64,000 bases of DNA, taken from contig NC_082709.1 in assembly GCF_030144855.1 (NCBI RefSeq), positions 33,108,001-33,172,000 of the forward strand, written 5' to 3'. Of this stretch, positions 1 to 12,384 are shown piece after piece (within the stretch, counting starts at the first letter, position 1; each line of letters begins with the position of its first letter). Source of the DNA: Hypanus sabinus (Eukaryota). The notes under the pieces were generated by a model. It searched no databases. It was given only the letters and a program-made list of their open reading frames with translations, and had not been told where the DNA came from. The translations under genes were made by a program, and so were the position numbers.

Positions 1-719
1 AAGCAATTAGGAAATGCACTAATGATCAGCATAGCGTCAGGTAAGGATGGTCTCACATCAAACTGCAAGGACATTACAGGCCAACCCTGAGTTACAAATG
101 CCCAGCTTGTAGACACTCCTACCCTCAAGTCAACTCATATAGTATTATTAAATTCAAAAGTTTGACATACATTCCTTCCTACAAACAGCAGAACTGGCTT
201 CCTCTCTGTTTTCAGTTTTAGTAATTATTCTTTCTCATTATTCCTATGTGCTTTCAACGACATCAATTACACTACTGTCAAAGTATAGTTACTACATCGA
301 CCGATTTTTGTGTATTTTTTAACTTACAGAGAAAGTCAAATTATAGATTCCGCGAAGTACGGAACACATTCATTACCTGGGGATTTCTTATACTGACATA
401 TTGAGCAAGTAAAATGAATCTGACTTTTATTGAGCGTAGTGGGAGAATAATATGTGACTGGAAAAGTTATTAATATACAATGAAAATTATACAAATTTTT
501 AGACTGAAAAGAGGCTGCATGTGGGAACTTATAGATCAGGAGGGAAATTTAAAGGTCTCTGATGAGGCACTGAAGTTCATCACTGATCTTCAAAATGAAT
601 TCAAACTTACAGGAATTTCTGGACTCACCTGAATGAATCTCTTGTGACAATGCCCTGCTTGTAAATGGGCCTCCTTGGCACATAATGTAATCACTTTGGG
701 GGAGCTGCTGGAAGATCAA

Positions 720-1110
720 TCCCTACTTAGAAAGCTTTGAAGGAATTGTCTTATGAGTTGAAAGGGTAAGGTCTATTCTCACTGGAGTTTAGAACAATGA
801 ATGATGAATTTAGTGAAACATTTTAGACGCTGATGGAGCTTGACAAGCACTGTTGTTGTGAGGATATTTTCCATCATTGGGATATGTAAAATTGGGGTCA
901 TAGAGTTGGAATGGAGTATCCTTTCTAATTGGAAATGTGGAGATTTTGTCACTGAGTATCTTCAAAATCAAGGCATAGAGACTTTAATCTTCAGAGGAGT
1001 GAAGGATTATGGGGAATAGACAGAAAAGTGGAGCCACGGGCAAGACTAGGTAAGCCATTATGTTATTGATCTGTTAATGGTTTGGAACACATTTAGGCCT
1101 AGTCTTACTC
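720..1110 (+). mobile_element. Degraded CR1 LINE 3' fragment
   Basis: Decayed L-YSLEFRR and GH motifs shared with other CR1 ends in the window. Confidence 0.6.
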
Positions 1111-1119
1111 CAGTTTTAA

Positions 1120-1310
1120 AAATATAAAGCAGAAACTGCTGGAAATACTCGGTAGATTTAATGCTGCCTCATCTGAGAAAGAAACAAGAGTAACATTTCA
1201 GGTTGCTGGGCTGATGAAATATTCTGGGATGAGATCATCAACCTGAAATATTAACTCTGCTTCGCTCTTCACAAATGAGTATTTCTGGTGTGTTTTTTCA
1301 TTTATTTCAC
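1120..1310. repeat. Inverted pair of old Penelope-like terminal fragments
   Basis: GCAGAAACTGCTGGAAATACTC...TTTCAGGTT mirrored by AACCTGAAAT...GAGTATTTCTGG. Confidence 0.5.
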
Positions 1311-1364
1311 ATTTCCCAATCTTTTATCTTTTACTGTTCTAATGATCTAATGTTTTGGTCAGAT

Positions 1365-1875
1365 CTTTTATCTAAGAAAAGATGAGAGGGTCCCGAGGAG
1401 TTTCACAAAAATGGTTGCAGGAAAGAAAGGATTAACATTTAAGGAGGGTTAATAGCTCTGGGCCTGTACTTATTGGAGTTCAGATGAATAAAAGGGGATA
1501 TTATTGAAACCTATTAAATATTGAAAGACCTAGATGGAGTGGATGAGGACAGGATGTTTATTATAGTGGGTTATACATTTTCTATAACTAGAGGGTGCAA
1601 CCTCAGAACAGACATCCGTTTAGAATGGAGCTGAGAAGGAATTTCTTATGCCACAGGGTGGTGAATCTGTGAAATTAGTTGTCATTAGTTGTCACTGTAG
1701 AGGCCAAGTCATCGAGTATATTTAAAGCAGAGGTTGATAGGTTCTTGGTGACAAAGATAGGTTCAGGGTGACAAGACAGGAGAATGGGTTGAGAGGGATA
1801 ATAAACCAGTCATTAGGTAATGGCAGAGCAGGCCTGCTGGGTCGAGTGGCCTCATTCTGCTCCTATGTCTTCTGG
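1365..1875 (+). mobile_element. CR1 LINE 3' fragment
   Basis: ORF2 C-terminal motifs and the TGGCCT..TTCTGCTCCTATGTCTT tail. Confidence 0.85.
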
Positions 1876-1884
1876 CAATGGCAA

Positions 1885-2625
1885 GGTGTATGGGACTGAG
1901 AGAGATTGCCTGGTTGAGTGGTGTTGCAACAGCAAGCTTATACTTGCCATTAGCGAGACTGATGATTTGATTCTGGACTGAAAGAAGGGGACACCAGGAG
2001 ACCATGCGTGAGTTACCATTGATGGGAAATGGTAGAAATAATGAGCAGATTCAAGTTCCAGCAATTCAATATCCCAGAGGATCTATCCTGGTCCCAACAC
2101 ATCAAGGTAATCGTGAAAAGGGCATGCCATTGGCTTTACTTGTTAGAAGCTTGAGGAGATTTGGCATGTCATCCATGATGTTTACAAATTTCTCTGGATG
2201 CGTGGTGGGGAGCATATTGACTGGTTGCATGGCATCTTGCTATGGAGGCTCCAATGCAGAGGATGGCAAGAGGCAGCAGAAGGTTATGTTCTGAGCCAGC
2301 TCCATCTTGGGGCTCAACTCTCCCCACTATCAAGAACATCTTCAAAATGTGATGCCTCAGGAAGGAGGCATCCAATGCAAAGGCACTCAGCATCAAGATA
2401 TGCCCTTTTCTTGTTACTACCATTATAGAGGAGGTACAGAAGCCTGAACACTCAATGGTTTAAGAACAGATTCTTCCCTTCTGCCATCAACTTTCTGAAC
2501 AGCCCATGAACTACTTTGTTAATCCTCTGTTTTGCACCACTTGTTTTTTGTGATTTATAGATTTTTATATTTTTGCACTATCCTGTTACAACAGATTATA
2601 CACATTATATATCAGTGATTATGAT
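1885..2625 (+). mobile_element. Rex1/Babar-like LINE 3' fragment
   Basis: RSLRRFGMS...SILTGCMASCYG motif, repeated at several loci in the window. Confidence 0.7.
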
Positions 2626-3743
2626 GCGAAGATTTGAGAAAGCACAGGTAGGGTAGATAGTCAATGTCTACAGTTGTCTAAAATATGAGGGAATTAACTT
2701 AAAGGGCCGGGTAACATTTAAAGGGCAATTAAGGAGTAAATTACCACACAAAGAATAATTGGTATCTGGAATGACAGCTAGAGGCTGTGACAAAGTCAGA
2801 AACAGCAACAACATTTAAGAGGCTTCTGGACAGGTACTTGACATAGATGTGGTGTGCCAGAGGGTTGGTTTCTATGCCTTTATGATTCTACAGCACAGTA
2901 CAGGCCCCTTTTCCAACTCTATCTGGATTCTTTTGCATTTGTACATCTGTGTGAAGAATGCAGGAGTTACTGACACTCACAGGAAATAAATATAACAGTT
3001 TCTACAACATTCACCTGCAAAAACTGAGTATAAATATTTTTACTTTATGGTTCAAACACAAGAATAATCCACTCAAAATCAAAGATGTTTATGTGATTTT
3101 TAGGTCATTGGGATTGTTTGAGGCAGAAGGGATTCAACGAGGATGAGTGCAACTAGAAAAGGTGTGGGGGAAACAAAAATCCAAAGAAAGGAAAAGTGTT
3201 GAAAAAAAAGCCTTGATAAAGCTAGATTACACTAGAATTATGACTGTGTATGTCTGTAATTAAAACCCATCTGGTATCCACAGTGAAATTGTGATCTTTT
3301 GATCTCAGGATTGATCCTTAGTGAGCTAGTTTTCATTGACATAAACCAAAATGACCACCAGAAAGCAGACAGCGTAAATGGGGTTGATTGTTAAGTCACT
3401 GTGATCCTCGTGAGACAATAGATTGAGAAAATGTGAAAGGGGGAAGGAAGCGCGGGCTGTCTTTTTTTAAAAAAAATCTTATGATAAGTGGTACAGCTGG
3501 AGAAATATTCAACAACATTAATAATAACACCTTAGCTTTTACCTCAAAATGAAAACTAATTGGTTCACCAATGGTGCAGCACATGCTAAGTTCCCTTGGT
3601 ATATAGCATCAGCCACTGACAACTTATCCTAAACAGTCCTCTTCAGATTTTTAAGCACATTTCATTTACGCAGCTTCTTCCAGTTTGGAAAAAAAAATAC
3701 ACATCTCATTGTTGTAACATTCAATCCAAAGAAATACTGAGAG

Positions 3744-4510
3744 AAAAACAGAAATGCTGGAAGAACTCAGCCTATCAATCAGGATGTGTGGAAAGGGAAA
3801 TCAGTTGACCTTTCAGTTTGGTGGACTTTCTTCAGAACTGGAGGGATGAGTGGTGGTTTTATAGTTTTTATAGTGGAGTTGGAGGGAAGAATGAGATGTA
3901 AGACAAAGGCTTATATGGAGATAGGCTAAAATGATCAGGTGTTAAGGTGCATGAATATCAACAGTTTTAAGACATTTTAAAGAAACGGGATGAGAAATGG
4001 GTATCAGCATGATAATGGGATACAATGAGACCTGTTTATCTAATGATGGAAAATTTAAAGTTCATTCAAGACAATTGACAAGTACCAAGATGGGAGGTAA
4101 AATGTTGTTCTTTTGGTTGTGTTGGGCCTCAGTATGGCAGTGGAGAAGGTGAGTCAAATTAGAATAGAAATGTGACTGAGAAATTAACAGGCATGCAACA
4201 GGAAGCTCAGCATCACCCCTGCAGAACACAGATCTGGTTCACCTAATCTGCAGAAGAGTCCACACAGAATGCAGTAGACTAAGTTAGAAGAAATGCAAGT
4301 GAATCACTGCTTCAGCTGGAATGATTGTTTACTTCCCTGGATGGTCGGAAGGGAAAATACAAATGGACGGTCGATGCATCTCCTCCAGTTGCATGCAAAA
4401 GTGCCATGGGATGGAGATAGACGAGTGAACCAGAGAGTCATGGAGTGAGTGGACCCTGCAGGATGCAGAAAGGGGAGGAGAGGGGAAGATAAAACTGGTC
4501 TGGGATTATG
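3744..4510 (-). mobile_element. Penelope-like element fragment
   Basis: Terminal AATGCTGGAAGAACTCAGC motif, hammerhead motif and decayed GIY-YIG-like region. Confidence 0.65.
3802..3840 (-). ncRNA. Minimal type I hammerhead ribozyme motif
   Basis: cagtt CTGAAGA a agt-ccaccaa-act GAAA gg TC aactg: complete CUGANGA/GAAA/UH core, 5-bp stem I, 3-bp stem II, vestigial stem III. Confidence 0.65.
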
Positions 4511-5084
4511 TTCAAGCTATAATACTATGCTATTTTAGTAACTAATAAATATTTTAAATCCCATTTTGAATGATTTTGTAAATTGTCTGCATTAGCTTCT
4601 TTAATTACTGATTTATTCAACATACTCCAATTCAGTATCTCAGCTCAAATTCACCTGTAGTCCAGTCTTAAACAAAAATATAATAAATTGTCAAAACATA
4701 TCATTTCAATTCATTTTTGGAGTAGTCTAATTTACTGAAGAAATATTTGAATCTTTTTTAATTACGCTTAATTTCTTCATCTAAGTCATGAATATAACCC
4801 TTAGTTGATCTATCATTTTTGCTATTGAAATAATTAAAAAAAAGGACTACTGAGAATTTAACATCTGAAAAATACAAGAAATGTAAGGAAGTCAATCATG
4901 GAAGTCTTTCACCAGAAAGTAGAGCATGAACATATTTCTCTTCAAGGACTGAACAAACTAGAGAGGAAAGCAGCAAGAGATTAATGTCAAGAATCACATC
5001 AATCAACTTCTTTCACACAGGTAGGTTGGCTTACAAATATGCTTTTTTTTAAAAAGTTGAGAAGTAGGTGAGAAAACTGTACCC

Positions 5085-5560
5085 TTGCCCTGGAGTCACA
5101 AGGCTGAGGGTTCAAGCATCTTTCCAGAGACTTGAGCATATTATATTGACTGAGAGCCTGTCACCTTAAAAGAAGGATATCACAAAGCACCATTTCAGCC
5201 ATTTAAATACTTCTGTAGTGAAGTTATTTTCATGATGTAGAAATACAATGTTAAATTTGTGCACAAGAATATATTATTGCATTTTATGGGATTAAGTTTA
5301 TTCCCTAAATGTTGATTGATGGATAAACAATGATGGCTAGGCATTGACCTGATATCAAGGGTAGCTTACCTGTTCTTCTTCAGAATGTTACCACATCAGT
5401 ACTTTTGTACAGGTGTTTGGTTTTGTGCCTTTTTCAGGTGGCATCACTAACAGTGCAATACTTCCTTCTCAGTATTATACTGGAATGTCAATCTTCATCT
5501 CTGTTCTCAGGTCTCAGAACTTCGGCAAATTCATAACTTTCAGAAAGGGAAAGAAGACTG
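5085..5560. mobile_element. Ancient Deu-domain-type SINE relics
   Basis: B-box-like GGGTTCAAGC followed by CCAGAGACTTGAGCA, and an antisense ACAGTGCAATACTTCCTTCTCAGTATT core. Similar to 51070-51400. Recognised from memory. Confidence 0.4.
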
Positions 5561-5849
5561 CTACAAGCTGAAATACTAATATGTTGTATCTTCAAATGTA
5601 AAGCAACTTATAAGCAGAGATCAACTTATTGAGGATGTGAATATGCATTATGGGAATAAAAGGCTCGTATGATTCATGAAGTAGTGAAAGATGAGATACA
5701 CACACAAGTAAAGAGAAATTTTACTATACCAGCCTCTATATTCTCTCTAATTACATACCTGTCTAAAGTTGTCATAAGTTAATTATTCCCAATTTTACTC
5801 ATGCTATCTCAACACTCAAATCTGGAAGCATTCTTTTTAAAAATTAGTA

Positions 5850-6435
5850 TATTAAATGTTTGAGGAAATTTGGTTTGTCACCTAAAACACTTGAAAACTT
5901 TACAGATGTACAATGGAGAGCATTCTGCCAGGCTGCATCACTGTCTACTATGGTGGGGGGTTGGGGTGGTGGAGGCTACTGGACAGGATCAAAAGTAGTT
6001 TTAGAAAGTTGCAAAATTAGTCAGCTCCATCTTGGGTACCAGCCTCCATAGTACCCAAGACATCTTCGAGGAGCAGTGCCTCAGAAAGGCAGTGTCCATT
6101 ATTAAGGACCTCCATCACCCAGGACATTCCCTCTTCTCATTATTACCATTGTGAAAGATGCACAGAAGAAGGCACACACTCAGTGATTCAGGAACAGCTT
6201 CTTCCCCTCTAATATCTGATTCCTAAATGGACCTTGATCTCATGAACACTCCCTCACTTTTTTATTATTTCTGTTGTTGCACTATTTTTAATTTAACTAT
6301 TTGATATACATAAAAACTCGCTGTAATTGATTTACTCATTTATTTTTTTCTATGATCTCATATTGTATTGTACTGCTGCTGCTAAGTTAACAAATTTCAC
6401 GACATATGCCTGTGATAATAAACCTGATTCAGATT
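5850..6435 (+). mobile_element. Rex1/Babar-like LINE 3' fragment
   Basis: LRKFGLSPKTLENF motif and tail GATAATAAACCTGATTC. Confidence 0.7.
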
Positions 6436-7529
6436 AAATCCCAATGGCAAAGTTACAATCCGAGTCCAATTTCAGTTCAGCAGCTTGAGAGGGATTCTAT
6501 AGGGCTTGCTGCCCGGAATAGACAATAACCAGTGGATCCAGACCAACCAACTCGGGCTTTTCACTTTCTTGGCAGGCTAGAGGGGCTAGATTACAATACA
6601 AGGCCACACAATGTTAAAATAGAGGAAACAAAAGCAAGTGTGAAATTTTTAATCCCTGGAGATTGCTCCTCCATTCAATGAGATCATATTGACTTTTAAT
6701 CTCAGTGTTGTTTTCCTGTACTGACCCTCTTCTCTTTAAAACCCCAAAGTCAACTGACATCCATCTTAAATATGCTCATTGACTGTGCGGCTCTGACTCA
6801 CAAAAAATATTCAAACAATTCCCACGTCCAGAAATCAGTCTTTATTGGATTCTCTTCATTGAAAATAAATAGGGAGAGCTTCTGTGTACACAATATTCCA
6901 GATCAAGTCTTATCAGGAGCTTAGTTAAATTCAGTATGCCATTTTAACCCTGGCACTCAAATCTTGTAATGTTGACCAACATTTCTAATTGCTTGCTGAA
7001 CTTGCAGATCTACCCTAAACTCTCTGAATATCATCATTTCTTAGACTCTTAGCAATGAAATGTACAGCAAAACTCTGGTAATTCACTGTCCAAATGTTTG
7101 CACATCCTGTGGTTCACCACCAGGCCTATTCATTTGTTTCTCAGGGCAAGGTGAAACTTACAAACCGAAACATTCAAGCTGAAATTCACCATGTTCTACT
7201 TCCCATTCCCTTCATATTCATCTGAGCTCTGTTTCCTTCTTCCTTTCAATCAGAAGGGCTGAATTTTCTGAATCCTTTAGATTCACCGAATGTTTTACTA
7301 TTATTGGGTAACAAGTAAAAAGGAAAATGAAAGTATGCTGTGTATCATTACAACATCAAGTATGGTTAGAATGCAGGAGCAGTATGCTCCAGTGAGGATG
7401 AAAGGATGATAAAGTTCGAGGTTATTGTAAGTTCAGTTGCTTGAGAAGCTGAAATTGGACAAAACTCTTAAAGAATATAAAAGAAGCAGAAAGAAGTTAT
7501 TTTTACTTCCCTGATATTCTTCAAGAACT

Positions 7530-7966
7530 TTGTCCGATTTCATTAGGATTAGGAGGATTAAAATGGGCCCTCTTCCCCTCCTTACCCCATCCCTGATACA
7601 TCTAGCTTTTCCCCCCACTCCTTTTATTTTTCTCTTTCTGCCCATAACTCTGCATGTTCTCCATCTCCCTCTGGTGCTCCCTTCCCCCTTTCTTTCTCCC
7701 GAGGCCTCCCATCCCATGACCCTTTCCCTTCTCCAGCTCTGTAACCCTTTTGCCAATCACCTTTCCGGGTCTCAGCTCTACCCCACCCCCTCCGATCTTC
7801 TCCTATCATTTCGCATTTTCCCCTCCCCCTCCTACTTTCAAATCTCTTACTATCTTTCCTTTCAGTTAGTCCGAAGTTACGAAGGGTCTCGGCCCGAAAC
7901 GTCGACAGTGCTTCTCCCTATAGATGCTGCCTGACCTGCTGCATTCCACCAGCATTTTGTGTGTTT
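7530..7966 (+). mobile_element. Penelope-like 3' fragment
   Basis: Pyrimidine-rich body, GAAGGGTCTCGGCCCGAAACGTCGAC hammerhead remnant and ATAGATGCTGCCTGACCTGCTG end. Confidence 0.75.
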
Positions 7967-7991
7967 TCAGAACAGGGTTTGCTTGCATATG

Positions 7992-8205
7992 TGTGGTGAA
8001 CTACATATACCTGTCTGGACATGCCCCCCTGCTGACTGCTCCTGTGGCTCCTCCCACAGACCCCGGTATAAAGGCGATTGAGGCCTGAGCCCTGCCCTCA
8101 GTCTCCAGAATGTAGAATGGTGGTCAATTACTGATTGTTCTTTCTTCCAGTCAATAAAAGCCAATATCTCGCCTCACGTCTCGGAGAGTTATTGATGGTG
8201 CATCA
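7992..8205 (+). repeat. 5' LTR (214 bp) with TATAAA at 8067-8072, Inr-like TCAGTCT at 8098-8104 and AATAAA at 8153-8158
   Basis: Direct repeat of 12167-12379. Motifs read directly; TATA-to-Inr spacing is about 33 nt. Confidence 0.95.
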
Positions 8206-8206
8206 A

Positions 8207-8222
8207 TTTTATTGACTGGAAG
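8207..8222 (+). promoter_or_regulatory. Non-tRNA sequence at the primer-binding-site position, complementary to LTR 8144-8159
   Basis: TTTTATTGACTGGAAG is the exact reverse complement of CTTCCAGTCAATAAAA. It does not begin with the TGG expected for tRNA CCA pairing. Confidence 0.8.
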
Positions 8223-8230
8223 TCTAAAAC

Positions 8231-11200
8231 ATGGACAGCATTTTACGTCCGGAAAAATTAGACATTGATCCGCAAGACTCCAAAGCAGCTCTTGCCTTTG
8301 AACTCTGGCTTGCATGCTTCCAATCACACTTGGAACAGATTCCAGTGACTGAGCCTGCCACGAAGTACAAAATATTACTATCTAGAGTAAGTCTGAAAGT
8401 ATTCTCCCTTATCAGGGACCTACCGACCTACCAAGGGGCACTGGACACCCTTAAAAGACAATACCTGCAGCCCGTGAACACCATCTACGCAAGACATCGC
8501 TTAGCGACGCGGCGACAGTGACCTGGCGAGTTGAGCGCCGTGTTTCTCCAAGCCCTACAGACACTCGTGCAAACGCGACCACAAAGGTCTGATGGCGGAA
8601 CAACATTCGGAGCTGCTAGTACGAGACACCTTTGTTATGGGGATCAGGTCAGTGTACGTGCGCCAGCAGCTGCTGGAGAATGCCAATCGAGACGGCTGAC
8701 ACGCTGGAGGCTGCTCTGCACAATGCTGACACTGTCCAGCAGCGTGATCCCCCGCTGGTTCTGTGGACATCTCAGACCCCGCTGCCGCCAGTTCCCATGA
8801 GCGAATTCACCACCGCTGCTGCCAGTCGCGAGTCCACGAACTCCCGGAACCCAACCGCAGCTGCTGCCAGTCACAAGTCCGCGCAGTGGACTTGAAAAGC
8901 ACCCCCGAAAATGCTGCCTGGCCCGAGAAGCGACCTGCTCCAGCTGCGGGAAGAAGGGCCATTTCGCCAAGGTCTGTAAGTCTAAACCATGAGCGGGGTC
9001 GGGCAGCGCTGCATGTGAGGCATGGGAGCCGCCATCTTGCCTGCCCGCCTCATGCGAGACATGGGGGCGGCCATCTTTGTCGGCCCCACCTCACCCTGCC
9101 CCCAACCCACTGGTGCTTACCGGGCACCAAGACAGCAGTTCAACTCTGGCCTCCGTTACCCTCGACCAAAGCGCCCCACACCAGCTTGCAAGGTCAATGA
9201 TGGACATCCTGGTGGAGGGGCACAGGACTAGCTGCCTGTTTGACATGGGCAGCACTGAGAGTTTTATTGACCCGGACACGGTGTAACGCTGCGGACTCAT
9301 GAAATGGCCAGTAAGCCGGAGGGTCACCATGGCTTCTGGGTTGCATTCCACAGACATCCGGGTAGGTTGTGTAGTGACATTGGTGGTGCAGGGCACAGAA
9401 TATCGGAACTTTGCGCTACTGGTCATGCCTCAACTGTGCGCGCCTGTGCTATTGGGGCTGGACTTCCAGAGCCACCTCGAAAGTGTGACTATGGCATATG
9501 ACGGGCCCCTCCCACCACTCACTGTCAGAAATCCTCAGTCTTGTGGGACTTCGTCATATACCCCGCTACTGACCACACACAAACACCGACCCACACATCC
9601 CACCCAGCACCATGCCGACAGCTGTGCTACTGACACCACTTGCAGCCTCTCCACCCTCAAGATCCCTCCCCCACCGCTGTTCGCCAACCTGACCCCCAAC
9701 TGTAGCAACTAAAAGCAGGAGGTACAGCATGGCAGACAGGGCCTTTATTCAGTCAGAGGTGCAGCGGCTGCTCAGGGAGGGGATCACTGAGCCAAGCACA
9801 AGTCCTTGGAGAGCCCAGGTGGTTGTTGTTCGGACGGGGCAGAAAAATAGGATGGTCGTAGACTATAGCCAGACCATCAATCGGTTCACGCAGCTTGACG
9901 CGTACCGCCACCCTGCATCGCGGATATGGTCAATCAGATAGCTCAGTACAAGGCGTACTCGACAATAGATCTGAAATCCGCTTATCACCAGCTCCCATCC
10001 GCCCAGAGGACTGCCCCTACACTGCCTTCGAGGCGGGCAGCAGGCTCTATCACTTCCTGCACGTCCCCTTCGGTGTAACAAATGGTGTCTCTGTCTTCCA
10101 GAGCGAAATGGACCGGATGGTGGACCTATGCCAACTGAAGGCCACATTTCCCTATCTGAATAATATCACCATCTGTGGTCATGACTGGTCGGATCACAAC
10201 GCCAACCTCCAACAATTTTTCCAAGTGGCCAAAGCCCTGAAACTTACTTATAACAGGGACAAGTGTGTGTTCGGAACCACCCGGCTCGCTATCCTTGGGT
10301 ATGTCGTGGAGAACGGGGTCATTGGCCCTGATCCCGACCGTATGCCCCCCCCCGTTAGAACTCCCTCTTCCCACCACCCTCAAAGCCCTCAGACGGTGCC
10401 TGGGCTTCTTTTCCTATTACATCCAATGGGTCCCCCATTACGCAGATAAGGCCCGCCCCCGGTCAAGTCTATCACTTTTCCCCTCTCTGCCGAGGCCCGT
10501 GCAGCCTTCAGCATTAAAGGGGACATTGCCAAGGCAACGATGCATGCAGTGGATGAGACCATTCCCTTCCAAGTAGAGAGTGACGCCTCCGATTTCGTGC
10601 TGGCTGCTACCCTCAATCAGGCAGGCAGGCCAGTAGCATTCTTTTCTCGTACCCTTCAAGGCCCTGAAATTCGGCACTCCGCGGTGGAGAAAGAAGCCCA
10701 GGCCATAGTGGAAGATATTAGGCACTGGAGGCACTATCTCGCCGGCAAAAGGTTCACCTTGCTGACCGACCAGCGCTCAGTTGCGTTCATGTTCAGCAAC
10801 CAACAGCGGGGCAAAATCAAAAATTTTGCAGTGGAGAATAGAACTCTCCAACTATGATATCCTGTACCGGCCTGGAAGGCTCAATGAGCCCCCTGATGCC
10901 CTATCCCGGGGAGCGTGCACCAGCGCATAGCTCGACCAGCTATACGCCCTCCATGCACAACTTTGCCATCCGGGGGTCACCCGATTTTACCATTTTGTGA
11001 AAGCCCGGAACCTGCCGTACTCCCTTGAGGACATCAGGACGATGACTAGGGACTGCCAAGTCTGCGCTGAGTGCAAACCGCACTTCTACCATCCTGAAAA
11101 GGTGCAACTTATCAAGGCCACCCGCCCTTTTGAGCGACTGAGTGTTGAGTTTAAGGGCCCCCTTCCCTCCACCGTCTGCAATGTCTACTTTCTCAACATT

Positions 11201-12106
11201 ATCGACGAGTACTGGCGGTTCCCCTTTGCCATCCCCTGCCCCGACACCACTGCCACGTCCATCATAAAAGCCCTGCGCCAGCTCTTCACTCTGTTCGGAT
11301 GTCTCTGCTATATCCACAGTGATAGAGGGTCCTCCTTTATGAGTTATGAGCTGCGCCAGTACCTGCTGGCTAAGGGGCATTGCTACTAGTCGGACCACAA
11401 GCTATAACCGCTGGGGAAATGGACAGGTGGAGAGGGAGAATGCCACAGTGTGGAAGGCCACACTTTTAGCCCTTAAGTCAAAAGGGTTGCCATTCTCTCG
11501 ATGGCAGGAGGTCCTCCCCGAGGCACTCCACTCTATCCGCTCCGTTATGTACGTCCACCAATGCCACCCCTCACGAGTGCCTATTCTCTTTTCCCAGGAA
11601 GTCTGCCACTGAGACCACCCTACCAGCTTGGCTGATGTCCCCAGGGCCAGTGCTGCTCCGGAAACATGTGAGGAGCAATAAATACTCCCCGCTGGTTGAG
11701 AGGGTTCACCTTCTACATGCGAACCCCCAGTATGCCTACGTGGTCTTACCTGATGAGCGGGAGGACGGTCTCCGTCCCCGACTTGGCACCCGCAAGAGCA
11801 GCAGACCACTACCCCGAACACTCCACGGTAACTATGAACCCTGTACCTGCGGTGACACCGTGCACACCGAGCCCTACACAGACTCCTCACGACACTCCTA
11901 TACCGGGCGTTTCGTACGCGTATATACCAGGCGCCTCACACACACGTGAGGGATCACTGACGCCTAGTGGGCTGACACCTCCAGTTAGGCCGGAGCCAGC
12001 ACAACCTCCGTCTCCGGTGCAATCACCACCAGCACCTGTGCAATCACAGCTGGTGCTATGTAGATCGCAGCGACAGATTCGACCACCTGATAGACTTAAC
12101 CCGTAA
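8231..12106 (+). pseudogene. Disrupted gag-pol of the Gypsy element
   Basis: Gag MDSILRPEKLD..., zinc knuckle CSSCGKKGHFAKVC, protease LFDMGSTESFI, RT (SPWRAQVVVV, RMVVDY, PFGVTNG, YLNN), RNase H (ESDASD, EKEA, TDQRS), integrase (HPG..CQVC, HSDRG, GNGQVER), tail RSQRQIRPPDRLNP. Multiple stops and frameshifts. Confidence 0.95.
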
Positions 12107-12166
12107 ATATACTGGTAAGAAACTTTGCCCCATGGGGACTCTCTTTTAAAACAAAGGGGGGGTGAA

Positions 12167-12379
12167 TGTGGTGAACTACATATACCTGTCTGGACATGTC
12201 CCCTGCTGACTGCTCCTGTGGCTTCTCCCACAGACCCTGGTATAAAGGCGATTGAGGCCTGAGCCCTGCCCTCAGTCTCCAGGATGTAGTGTGGTGGTCA
12301 ATTACTGCTTGTTCTTTCTTCCAGTCAATAAATGCCAATATCTCGCCTCACGTCTCGGAGAGTTATTGATGGTGCATCA
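12167..12379 (+). repeat. 3' LTR (213 bp), preceded by the polypurine tract AAAACAAAGGGGGGGTGAA (12148-12166)
   Basis: Direct repeat of the 5' LTR, followed by TSD ATATG. Confidence 0.95.
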
Positions 12380-12384
12380 ATATG

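Larger units (their letters stand above)
7992..12379 (+). mobile_element. Full-length Ty3/Gypsy LTR retrotransposon (Mag-like), inactivated
   Basis: Two TG...CA LTRs (7992-8205, 12167-12379; 8 substitutions and 1 indel by eye). 5-bp TSD ATATG (7987-7991, 12380-12384). Polypurine tract before the 3' LTR. Domain order gag-PR-RT-RH-IN. Confidence 0.97.

Noticed and set aside
1-700. Possible downstream PDE1A 3' UTR exon (minus-strand tgtttgtag acceptor near 180)
   Set aside because: Only a splice-like motif in unique sequence, with no independent support.
7433-7934. Pro/Leu-rich and Gly/Arg-rich ORFs
   Set aside because: Products of the pyrimidine/purine-biased Penelope-like body.
11696-12106. 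Possible env or extra ORF in the Gypsy element
   Set aside because: It is the frameshifted Pro-rich integrase C-terminal tail, with no signal peptide or transmembrane segment.
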